A DNA stretch of 39,745 nucleotides from Myxococcota bacterium (GTDB lineage: Bacteria; Myxococcota_A; Polyangia; Nannocystales; Nannocystaceae). Both the position numbers and the translations under genes were made by a program. Below are positions 18,139 to 26,477 of the stretch, one piece after another. The notes below the pieces were generated by a model. That model made no database searches and was not told where the DNA came from. It saw only the letters and a program-made list of their open reading frames with translations. Each line of letters opens with the position of its first letter. Position 1 is the stretch's first letter. Location of the stretch: NCBI GenBank assembly GCA_039028615.1, contig JBCCHT010000069.1, positions 1 to 39,745 of the forward strand. Direction: 5' to 3'.

Positions 18139-19284
18139 TCAGGCGTCGTCGGCGGGCTCGATGGCCTCGCCGATTCGATACCGAGAAATCGCGTCGGGGT
18201 CGACGTCCACCCCGAGGCCCGGCCGGTCGAGGTCGGGCACCTGCATGGTGCCGGAAGATTCGGCGTTGGTGTGGGCCAGTACGTCCTCTGCGAGAAGGAA
18301 GCGATTTTGCCCCTTTCCATCGAGGCAGGCAAACCCGGGTACGCAGTGACCGAAGAGTTCGGCAACGCGTGACAATACGCCCGACTCGCCGACCAACGTG
18401 CCCAAATGCACGTCGATCCCGGCCGCTCGCGCGCATTCCACGATCTGGAGGCTCGCAATCACGCCGCCGTGTTTGCCTGGCCTCACGTTGAAGATGTCGG
18501 CCGCCTGCTCGGCCACCAGCCGCTGCGCATCTGCGAGAGAGCACACGGACTCGTCGGCCATGACCGCGATCCCGGTCCGCTCGCGGATCGCCCGCAATCC
18601 GGCGAGATCCTCCGCGGGGACGGGCTGCTCGATGGAGGCGATGGGAATGCCCCCGAAGCTCTGAAGCCTCTCGACCGCCTCGTCGACGCCCCAGGCCGCG
18701 TTGGCATCGAGCCGCAGCTTCACGTCGGCGCCCATGCCCTTGCTGATGATCGCCAGGCGCTCGGCGTCGTCGTCGAGCCCGACCTTCACCTTGACGTGGG
18801 TGCGCTTCTTCCAGCGCAGGCCGATGCAGTGCTTGCGCAGGTCGGCCGTCGCGACCTCGAAGCCGATGATGACCCCGGGCGGCAAGGATGGGCCCCGCGG
18901 CTCCCCGAGGACCTCGGCCACCGAAAAGCCCAGGCGACGCCCGGCCAGATCGAGCAAGGCGACCTCGAAGCCGCCGAAGGTGCCCAGGTCCCGCCCGATC
19001 TCGGGCAGGGTCTTTCGGATCCAGGCCTCGACCTGCGCTCGGTCTTCGAAGGTCTGCCCCCGCAGGCGCGCAGCCAGCTGCGGCGCGCTGCGTTCGAGCA
19101 CGCTGTCGATGGTCTCCCCGGTGACGTAGGCCCGCGGCAGAGTCTCGCCCCAGCCCACGCCGCCCTGCTCGTCGGAAAGCTCCACGAACACCGCGTCGCT
19201 GCAATTGCGGCTCGACAGCGCGTGGCCAAAGCTCCCCTTGAAGGGGATCTGGAGGCGGTGGAGCCGGACCCGGTCAATCCGCAT
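18139..19284 (-). CDS. enolase superfamily enzyme, muconate-lactonising enzyme / dipeptide epimerase / OSBS subgroup
   Basis: GWGE, EVALLDL, KVKVG, LRLDAN, IEQP, ADES, GKHGG, PGLGVD; its start overlaps the GH3 stop. Confidence 0.88.
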   Translation of the reverse strand: MRIDRVRLHRLQIPFKGSFGHALSSRNCSDAVFVELSDEQGGVGWGETLPRAYVTGETIDSVLERSAPQLAARLRGQTFEDRAQVEAWIRKTLPEIGRDLGTFGGFEVALLDLAGRRLGFSVAEVLGEPRGPSLPPGVIIGFEVATADLRKHCIGLRWKKRTHVKVKVGLDDDAERLAIISKGMGADVKLRLDANAAWGVDEAVERLQSFGGIPIASIEQPVPAEDLAGLRAIRERTGIAVMADESVCSLADAQRLVAEQAADIFNVRPGKHGGVIASLQIVECARAAGIDVHLGTLVGESGVLSRVAELFGHCVPGFACLDGKGQNRFLLAEDVLAHTNAESSGTMQVPDLDRPGLGVDVDPDAISRYRIGEAIEPADDA

Positions 19285-20920
19285 GGAAGCGCTCGACGAT
19301 GTCGAACTGGTCGACGAAGCTGGCATCGCGGGTCAGGTGGGTCGGCTTGATCTGCGAGTCGCTGGTGCCGCCCGCCAGCCGCTGCCGACGACGCTCCTCG
19401 TAGCCGCCCGGACGCACCAGCCACAGCTCGGGCGGAGCCAGCCGCTGCGACGAGCGCTTGGAGCCGTACTCCATGTTGTGCTGCTCGAGGGCCTCGTCGA
19501 GCCGACGCGGGAACTGCCGCAGCGCGTCGCCGCTGGCCTCCTGCGACAGCTCCACCATCGCCACGTAGTGCGGGAAACCCTCTTTGGCGGGCGCCAGGGT
19601 GAACGACTCGACCGCGAGGTTCAGCTGCGATGCCGCATCGGACACGGCCGCGGTGACCTGGTCCTCGGTGAGCTTCTCGCCCGTGAGCGAGCAGGTCGAG
19701 CCCGCGCGATGCAGGAACTCGATGACCGGGGTGCGCTCGTGGAAGCGAACCACCCGGACCACGTCGCCGATGTTGTAGCGATACAGGCCCGAAGCGTTGG
19801 AGATGACGACCACGTAGGTCTTGCCGACCTCGAGCTCGTGGGGCGACAGCACGGTGGGATCGGGGCTGTCGATGTCGTCCTCGGGCACGAACTCGAAGAG
19901 GTTCGCGCCGATGGCCACCGCCCCGCCGCTCCGACCGTCTTCGACGGGCACCGCCATCACGCCCTCGGACGCCATGAGGATGTAGTCGCGCTGCGCCACG
20001 CCGGAAAAGTGCGGGGCGAGCAGGTCGATGTAGGGCTGGAGCATCGGGCTCCGCCAGCAGATCGCCAGCGCGAGCTGAGGCCACACGGAGTGGGCGAGCA
20101 AGCCGGCATCGCTGCCGTGCAGCGCCCGGAGCTGCTCGGCCCGCGCCGGGTTGCCGCCGTAGTTGTCCGCCACGTAGCTGCGAACCTCGTCGCTCACCGT
20201 GACCGCGTCCCCGATGCCCCCGCGCTCGATGTCGGCGATGAGCTGCTCCGCGTACTGCCCCACCTTCTGGAAGAGCAGCAAGATGGTGCTGGGGTTCAAG
20301 GTCATGATGACCGCAAAGTGCTCTTCGAGCAGGATGCGGGCGATGGCGTAGTAGCGGCTGTCGGAGTCGCCAATGCGGGCGATGGCCTTGGGAATGATGG
20401 GCCGCTCCTTGAGCTGCGTGGCTCGAGTCACCCCCGCCCAGTAGGCGCTCTCCGAGCTGCAGGGCAGCCCGCCCGGGGCACGCACCGCTTTGCCCGAGTC
20501 GGAGAAGTTGGTGACCATGCGGCCTTGCTTCGCGGCCGGGTGCGACCCGAACACGAGGCTCCAGTACACGCCGAAGGTCCGGCTCTTGTTGCGGACGAAG
20601 CGGTTGGTGACCGGGATGTACTTGGCCCGCGAGGTCGACCCCGAGGTCAGGAAGAAGCGCTTGATAGGGTCGCCGGTCAGCAGCCCTTGCTCACCGTTCT
20701 GGGCGGTGCGCTCGATCAAGTCGGCAAAGCCGTCGTAGCGCTGAATGGGCACCGCGCGGCGGTACTCCTCCAGCGTGCGAATCTTGTCGAAGCCGTGACG
20801 ACGGCCGAACTCGCAATCGACGTTGGGCGCCAAGACCTGCTCTTGGAAGAATTTTTCCTGAACCCGCTCGGGCTCGGACAGGCTGGCCATGAATGACTGC
20901 GCTTCGCGAGATGCGAACAT
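19274..20920 (-). CDS. GH3 family acyl-acid amido synthetase (auxin-responsive GH3-like)
   Basis: EFGRRHGF, VPIQRYD, LTSGSTSRAKYIP (GH3 motif I), MASEG (II), GLYRYNIGD (III), LTGEKLTE, NMEY..KR, QIKP. Confidence 0.88.
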   Translation of the reverse strand: MFASREAQSFMASLSEPERVQEKFFQEQVLAPNVDCEFGRRHGFDKIRTLEEYRRAVPIQRYDGFADLIERTAQNGEQGLLTGDPIKRFFLTSGSTSRAKYIPVTNRFVRNKSRTFGVYWSLVFGSHPAAKQGRMVTNFSDSGKAVRAPGGLPCSSESAYWAGVTRATQLKERPIIPKAIARIGDSDSRYYAIARILLEEHFAVIMTLNPSTILLLFQKVGQYAEQLIADIERGGIGDAVTVSDEVRSYVADNYGGNPARAEQLRALHGSDAGLLAHSVWPQLALAICWRSPMLQPYIDLLAPHFSGVAQRDYILMASEGVMAVPVEDGRSGGAVAIGANLFEFVPEDDIDSPDPTVLSPHELEVGKTYVVVISNASGLYRYNIGDVVRVVRFHERTPVIEFLHRAGSTCSLTGEKLTEDQVTAAVSDAASQLNLAVESFTLAPAKEGFPHYVAMVELSQEASGDALRQFPRRLDEALEQHNMEYGSKRSSQRLAPPELWLVRPGGYEERRRQRLAGGTSDSQIKPTHLTRDASFVDQFDIVERFHAD

Positions 20921-20926
20921 GGGCGG

Positions 20927-21784
20927 TCACACTCCTAGCGCGTCCCGGGCCCAGGCGTCGAGCCGCTTGGACAGCTCGTCGGGCGCGTCGAACTGGAGGC
21001 CGTGCGCCCCCGGCAGGGACACCGTACGGACGCGCTCGGCCGGCAGCCGCGCCAGTTCCGCGATCATGGCATCGTTATCGGTCGTAACGTCGTCCTCGGC
21101 CAAAGCGACGAATACGGGCGGTTTCAGCCTCCGCAGGCGCATGCGGGCGGCGAACGAGAGCTTGGTCGAAACGGCGAGAAATCGGGGCGAAAATGTCCGC
21201 CAACGGGCCTCGTCGCGCCGGATGAATCCATCGATGGCCGGTCCGTCGGTGAACATCTCGTCGGTGATGGGACTTTGCAGGACCGCCTCGTGCTCGGGCT
21301 GGCCCTTGCCCTCGATCGCCAACGCTTTCATGCGCTCGGCGAGCGCAGCGGAAGGGATGTGTCCCGGGGTCAGCAGCGCCACGCCAGCGACGGCATCACC
21401 CATGGCCAACGCGAGGTGCGTGCCGAGGATCGCACCCCAGCACCAACCCACGATGACCAGCGGCGCTCCCTCGGCGCGACCGTGTTCGACCACGCGCTGC
21501 GCATCGTCGAGCAGCTGCTGCGCCGACTCGGTGTCGCCCTTGCCCTGCTCGACGTTGAGGCCGCTGCCGCGACGCTCGGCCCCGATCACCCGATAGCCCA
21601 TCGCGCACCAGCGCTCGGCCAGCGGACGAAACCATGCCGTGTTGCTCATCACGCCGCTGAGCACGGCCAAGGTCGCGCGAGGCTCTCCCGAGGGCGCCCA
21701 GACGCGGTAGCGCAGGACGCCCTCCGGCGCATCGGCGGGCGTGCTCGCGACGGACTCCCCTTCGCTGGGTGCGTGCCAGTCCAT
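20927..21784 (-). CDS. alpha/beta hydrolase (lysophospholipase-like) with Cys at the nucleophile elbow
   Basis: LRYRVW, ERRGSG, GWCWGA, AEDD, GAHGLQFD. Confidence 0.85.
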   Translation of the reverse strand: MDWHAPSEGESVASTPADAPEGVLRYRVWAPSGEPRATLAVLSGVMSNTAWFRPLAERWCAMGYRVIGAERRGSGLNVEQGKGDTESAQQLLDDAQRVVEHGRAEGAPLVIVGWCWGAILGTHLALAMGDAVAGVALLTPGHIPSAALAERMKALAIEGKGQPEHEAVLQSPITDEMFTDGPAIDGFIRRDEARWRTFSPRFLAVSTKLSFAARMRLRRLKPPVFVALAEDDVTTDNDAMIAELARLPAERVRTVSLPGAHGLQFDAPDELSKRLDAWARDALGV

Positions 21785-21797
21785 GCGCCGCCTTCAG

Positions 21798-22580
21798 TCA
21801 GTCCATCACGAAGCCACCGTCGACGTTCATCGCCTGACCGGTGATGCCGCGGGCTTCGTGCGACATGAGGAACACGCAGGTGGCCGCCATCTCTTCGGCG
21901 GTCATGATGCGCTCCTGCGGGTTCTCGGCGATGATGCCGGCCAGGTACTCCTCGGCCGTCTTGCCGAACATCTTGCCGCGCTTGGTCATGGAATCCCGCA
22001 CCATCTCGGTGTCGACGTGCCAGGGGCAGACCGCGTTGACGGTGATGCCCAGCCGCGCGACCTCGAGGGCGACGGACTTGGTGAAGCCGATCATCGCCGC
22101 CTTGGACGAGGCGTAGGCCGAGTTGTACTTGGCGCCCACCTTGGCCGAGACCGAAGAGATGTTGATGATGCGGCCGGACTTCTTGGCGATGAGCTTGCGG
22201 AGCACCTGCCGGGTCATTCGCACGGTGGCGAAGAGGTTGACCTCGTACAGCTCCTTCCACTTGTCGTCCTTGGACATGACCAGGTTGGCCACGTAGTTCA
22301 TCGCCGCGTTGTTGACGAGCACGTCGACCCGACCGAACTCGTCCATCGCTGCCTTGACGACCTCCTTGGCGGTCTCCGGCTGCGACAGGTCGCAGGCGTG
22401 GACCAAGGCCTTGCCGCCCGCCTCGCGAACCTCGGCCGCGACGGCCTCGAGCTGTGACTGCGTGCGGGAGACCAAGACGACGGCTGCGCCAGCACGCGCC
22501 GCCCCCAGGGCTACTGCCTTGCCGATTCCTCGACCGGCTCCCGTGACGATGACCACCTGATCCGTGAGCTGTACCTGCAC
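21798..22580 (-). CDS. short-chain dehydrogenase/reductase (FabG/BDH-like)
   Basis: TGAGRGIG, DVLVNNA, IINISS, YASSK, VNAVCP, ITGQAMNVDGG; AAGGAG before GTG at 22580. Confidence 0.92.
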   Translation of the reverse strand: MQVQLTDQVVIVTGAGRGIGKAVALGAARAGAAVVLVSRTQSQLEAVAAEVREAGGKALVHACDLSQPETAKEVVKAAMDEFGRVDVLVNNAAMNYVANLVMSKDDKWKELYEVNLFATVRMTRQVLRKLIAKKSGRIINISSVSAKVGAKYNSAYASSKAAMIGFTKSVALEVARLGITVNAVCPWHVDTEMVRDSMTKRGKMFGKTAEEYLAGIIAENPQERIMTAEEMAATCVFLMSHEARGITGQAMNVDGGFVMD

Positions 22581-22829
22581 CGTGTGCTCCTTTGGGCATC
22601 GCCTCGCTCGGGCGACGACCCAGGGCCGCAACTTTGGCACATCAATGGGCAACAGGCCGGTCCCACGGTGGGGAAAACTTCGATCCCGTGAGCGACCTCC
22701 CGTAGTCCGTTCTCCCTCCCCGCGCAGCGGTCCGACTACGACCGCAGAACGCTCTTTCTCGGACCGAACGCCGTCATCGAGGCGCGCGGCAACGGCCGCG
22801 CGTCGACGCGCGAAGCAAGTGGTGCACAG

Positions 22830-22851
22830 GTCATGCAACGCGTTGCATGAC
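22830..22851. promoter_or_regulatory. perfect 22-bp palindrome, putative dimeric transcription factor operator
   Basis: gtcatgcaacg|cgttgcatgac lies in the divergent intergenic region between the SDR and lat, 66 bp before the lat ATG. Confidence 0.6.
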
Positions 22852-22917
22852 GGGCCGCGTGAGCGCGGTTTTCGACGGGAGGCCTTTCGTCCTCGGCCTG
22901 CTACATTCCGGCCTCCC

Positions 22918-24261
22918 ATGGCCGATCATCCGAGCTACCAAACCGCCCCCGCCGACGTTCATCAGTCCCTCGGCAAGTGGATCCTCGTCGACGGCATGTC
23001 GCTCGTCTACGACGCGGCGCGCAGCCATGGCGCGTTCGTGGTCGACTCGAAGACCGGCACGGAGTTCCTCGACCTGTTCTCCTTCTTTGCCAGCATGCCG
23101 CTGGGGCACAACCACCCCAAGATGCGGGACCCCGTGTTCCTCGAGCGGCTGCAGGAGGCGGCGCTGGTCAAGCCCTCGAACTCGGACATCTACACCCCGG
23201 CCATGGCCGACTTCGTGGCGGCGATGGGCCGCACGATGCCCGAGCAATTCGCCCACCTTTTCTTCATCGAGGGTGGCGCGCTGGCGGTGGAGAACGCCCT
23301 CAAGGTCGCGTTCGACTGGAAGGTCCGCAAGAACATCCAGGCGGGCAAGGTGAAGGCCGACGGCGACCCGCAGTTCGGCACCAAGATCCTGCACTTCCGG
23401 CAGGCCTTCCACGGCCGCTCCGGCTACACGCTGTCGCTGACCAACGGCTTCTCGCCCGCCAAGACGCAGTACTTCCCCAAGTTCGACTGGCCCCGCGTCA
23501 GCCCGCCCGCGATGCTGTTCCCGCAGACCAAGGAGAACACCGCGAGCACCGAGGCGGCCGAGAAAGCCACGCTGGCCGAGATCCACGCCGCCTTCGATGC
23601 CAACCCCGACGAGATCGCGGCCATCATCATCGAGACGATCCAGGGCGAGGGCGGCGACCAGCACTTCCGCCCCGAGTTCTTTCAGGCCCTGCGGAGCATC
23701 GCCGACGAGCGTGAAGCCCTGCTGATCTTCGACGAGGTCCAGGCGGGCATGGGCATCACGGGCAAGTGGTGGGCCTTCGAGCACGGTGGGGTCGCCCCCG
23801 ACGTGTTCTCGTTCGGCAAGAAGGCGCAGGTCTGCGGCCTCGCCAGCACCGAGCGCGTCGACGAGATCGACTCCGTGTTCAAGGTCAGCAGCCGCATCAA
23901 CTCGACCTGGGGCGGCAACCTGGTCGACATGGTCCGCTGCACCCGCTTCATCGAGATCATCGAAGAGGACGACCTGCTCGCCAACGCCACCGACGTCGGC
24001 GCCTACCTGCTCGGCAAGCTCCGCGAGATCGAGGACACCTACGCGTTCATCTCCGGCTCGCGCGGCAAGGGCCTGATGTGCGCGTTCGACCTGCCCGACG
24101 CCGACCAACGCGACAAAGCAATGGCGCTCATCGCCGAGCAGAACGTGCTGATCCTGCCGGCTGGCGCTCGCAGCCTGCGATTCCGGCCGGTGCTGGACTT
24201 CACCCGCGACCACGTGGACCTCGCCATCACCCGCATCAAGGCTGCGCTCGACAAGCTCTAG
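22918..24261 (+). CDS. lat: L-lysine 6-(epsilon)-aminotransferase
   Basis: FLDLFSFFAS, KPSNSDIY, FFIEGGALAVENALKVAFDWK, AFHGRSGYTLSLTN, DEVQ, FGKK (PLP Lys), SRINSTWGGNLVDMVR. Confidence 0.9.
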   Translation: MADHPSYQTAPADVHQSLGKWILVDGMSLVYDAARSHGAFVVDSKTGTEFLDLFSFFASMPLGHNHPKMRDPVFLERLQEAALVKPSNSDIYTPAMADFVAAMGRTMPEQFAHLFFIEGGALAVENALKVAFDWKVRKNIQAGKVKADGDPQFGTKILHFRQAFHGRSGYTLSLTNGFSPAKTQYFPKFDWPRVSPPAMLFPQTKENTASTEAAEKATLAEIHAAFDANPDEIAAIIIETIQGEGGDQHFRPEFFQALRSIADEREALLIFDEVQAGMGITGKWWAFEHGGVAPDVFSFGKKAQVCGLASTERVDEIDSVFKVSSRINSTWGGNLVDMVRCTRFIEIIEEDDLLANATDVGAYLLGKLREIEDTYAFISGSRGKGLMCAFDLPDADQRDKAMALIAEQNVLILPAGARSLRFRPVLDFTRDHVDLAITRIKAALDKL

Positions 24262-24373
24262 TCGCGGCGCGCCGAAACGCGATGACATGAAGGCGGGCCT
24301 CGGCTCGCCTTCTTCAATTCAAAAGAGCGTCGCCGATCCGCGATGCTACGCTGGGCGCCAGCGGTTTCTCCCG

Positions 24374-26326
24374 ATGGGTGGCATCAACATCAAGACGCTG
24401 GGACGCAGCTCGCTCACCGGCGGCGCTGCCCAGCTGTGGAGGATCCTCTCCCGCTTCATCCTGACGCCGGTCATCATCGCGGAGATCGGCCTGCCCGGGT
24501 ACGGGGTGTGGACGCTGATCTTCAGCGTCGCCGCCTACGTCCAGATGACCAACGTGAGCCTGGGCGTCGCGTACACCAAGTTCACCGCCGAGTGCGTCCG
24601 CCATCGCCGCTTCGACGAGCTCAACCACATCATCGGCTCCGGGGTGAGCGTGGTGGGCTCCATCGCCGCGCTGGGCCTGCTGGGCTCGTGGTGGTTCGGG
24701 GAGGCCCTGCTGCTCGCGCTCGATGTGCCGCCCGACCTCGCCGAGCCGGGTGCCATCGGCCTGCACGTGGTGGTCGCGGTGATGTTGCTGCGCATGACGG
24801 TGGGCTGCTCGCTCGAGATCCTCACCGGGCTGCAGCGCATCGACCTGACCTACCGGCTCTACGTGCTGGCCTCGGTCGTCGACTTTCTCGTCGCGCTGCC
24901 CCTGCTGCTCATGGGCTGGGGCATCGTGGGGCTGGCCATCGCCCACGCGGTGGGGCAGGTGCTGATCAACTTCGTCGCCTACTTCATGGTGCGGCGCCGC
25001 GTCCCCGAGATCCGCATCTCGCCGCTGTTGATCTCGCGCGACGGCATGCAGAAGATCGTGTCCGTCGGCGGTCGCTTCCAGGTGCTGGCCGTGGTCAACA
25101 CCGTGGTCACTCAGGGCACCAAGATGGTGCTGTCGCGACTGGTCGGCATCGAGTGGGTCGGCATCTACGAGCTCGCCGACAAGCTCATCAAGCTGGGGCG
25201 CACCGCCTCGGAGGCGGTCATCGCCCCGCTCATGCCCGCCTTCGCCAGCCTGCGCGCGGGCGGAGAGAAGCTCGCGGAGCGCACGCTGTTCATCAAGGGC
25301 AGCAAGGCCAACGTCCTGCTGGGCTCGATCTCGTTCTCGTTCTTGGCGCTGTTCTCCGGCCCGGTGCTGCTGTTGTGGACGGGCGAGCCAGTGCCCGCCG
25401 CCGCGTGGACGCTGCAGGTCCTGGCCGGGGGCGAGGTCGCGGTGCTGCTCACCGCCATCGTGTCCTCCAGCCTGCGCGCGCAGGGCCGGGTCCGGCTCGA
25501 GTTCACCTGGGCCATGATCTCCACCGGCACCCTGCTGGTGCTCGTCGTGCCCATGGCCACCTGGTGGGGCTTCGAGGGGATCATCCTCTCGAGGCTCGTC
25601 GCTCAGCTCGCCGGCACCACCTGGTACCTGCGGGCCTACTTCAAGTTCTCGGGCATCACCTGGGGCGAGTACCTGCGCGGCACCCGACTGCCGCGGCTGG
25701 TCGTGCTGTTGGGCTCGATCGCCGGCCTCATCATCGTGGCGCACGCCCTGTTGCCCTCGCTGGCGCCGCCCGGCCTGTCGCCGCGCTGGGGCGCGGTGGT
25801 CGAGGTCGCGCTGTGGTCCCTGCCCTACCTCGGCCTGGTCGGCGTGGGGGTGTGGACCTTCTATCTCGAGCCCGACGATCGCGAGCAGATGAGCGTGCTC
25901 GGAGCCACCGTGTGGGCCCGCCTGCGCGGGCGCCCGGGTCCCACTCCCCCTGCGCCTCAAGTGGTGGTGGTGTGCGTCGACCCGAACGCCGTGGCGGGGC
26001 CGCTGCTCGAGGCCGCCGATGGCCTGGGCCGAGTCCAAGCCATGGGCGCGGGCGAGGCGGATGCCTTCTTCAGTCGAGGCGATCCCGTGCACCTGGTGCT
26101 GGTGCTGCTGCCCTCCGACGGCGATCCCAACCTCTTTTGGGCGTGGATGGCCGACCATCGCCCCGACCTGCTCGAGCGCATGGCATTCGTGGGCGGCGAC
26201 GAGGCGAGCTTCGTCGACGAGGTGGGGGCGCGGCGCTACGAGCCGACCCCGGATGCGTCCACGTTGCTCGCCGATTGGGGCCCCGCTCCCAGCGAAGCGA
26301 CCGAACCGAGCGAAAACGAGACCTGA
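24374..26326 (+). CDS. Wzx/MOP-family oligosaccharide flippase with an extra C-terminal receiver-like domain
   Basis: Many hydrophobic segments; LTPVII..IG..GYGVW, GLQR.D, VGIYELADKL, LMPAFA, LLLWTGE; about 120 aa of soluble tail after a Pro linker. Confidence 0.82.
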   Translation: MGGINIKTLGRSSLTGGAAQLWRILSRFILTPVIIAEIGLPGYGVWTLIFSVAAYVQMTNVSLGVAYTKFTAECVRHRRFDELNHIIGSGVSVVGSIAALGLLGSWWFGEALLLALDVPPDLAEPGAIGLHVVVAVMLLRMTVGCSLEILTGLQRIDLTYRLYVLASVVDFLVALPLLLMGWGIVGLAIAHAVGQVLINFVAYFMVRRRVPEIRISPLLISRDGMQKIVSVGGRFQVLAVVNTVVTQGTKMVLSRLVGIEWVGIYELADKLIKLGRTASEAVIAPLMPAFASLRAGGEKLAERTLFIKGSKANVLLGSISFSFLALFSGPVLLLWTGEPVPAAAWTLQVLAGGEVAVLLTAIVSSSLRAQGRVRLEFTWAMISTGTLLVLVVPMATWWGFEGIILSRLVAQLAGTTWYLRAYFKFSGITWGEYLRGTRLPRLVVLLGSIAGLIIVAHALLPSLAPPGLSPRWGAVVEVALWSLPYLGLVGVGVWTFYLEPDDREQMSVLGATVWARLRGRPGPTPPAPQVVVVCVDPNAVAGPLLEAADGLGRVQAMGAGEADAFFSRGDPVHLVLVLLPSDGDPNLFWAWMADHRPDLLERMAFVGGDEASFVDEVGARRYEPTPDASTLLADWGPAPSEATEPSENET

Positions 26327-26477
26327 GTCCCACTCGGCGCCTCCTGCACTAGGTCGCCTGCTCGCGGGCAAAGACGGCCCCGCGCCATACCGCGCGAGGG
26401 CTCGGAGCAGCGTACAATCAGCCGGCACGGGTCGGACTCGCGCACCTCACGCTTTTTGCTGGATTGAGGCCTTGGGC

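Noticed and set aside
20918..20930. Possible frameshift at the GH3 start (a GTGA overlap with the hydrolase stop is one base out of frame)
   Set aside because: The ATG at 20920 gives a complete GH3 N-terminus and has AGGAG 11 nt upstream, so no frameshift is needed.
18139..21784. Chlorocatechol/muconate catabolic operon (cycloisomerase + dienelactone hydrolase)
   Set aside because: There is no ring-cleavage dioxygenase or maleylacetate reductase, the hydrolase is lysophospholipase-like overall, and GH3 and an ACP point to biosynthesis.
14858..21784. Menaquinone pathway (menC/menE/menH-like trio)
   Set aside because: The folds are superficially similar, but menB, menD, menF and menA are absent, and ACP and GH3 have no role in that pathway.
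22634..22650. Sigma-54 promoter (TGGCAC), also at 39023
   Set aside because: The -12 TTGC element is missing at the required spacing.
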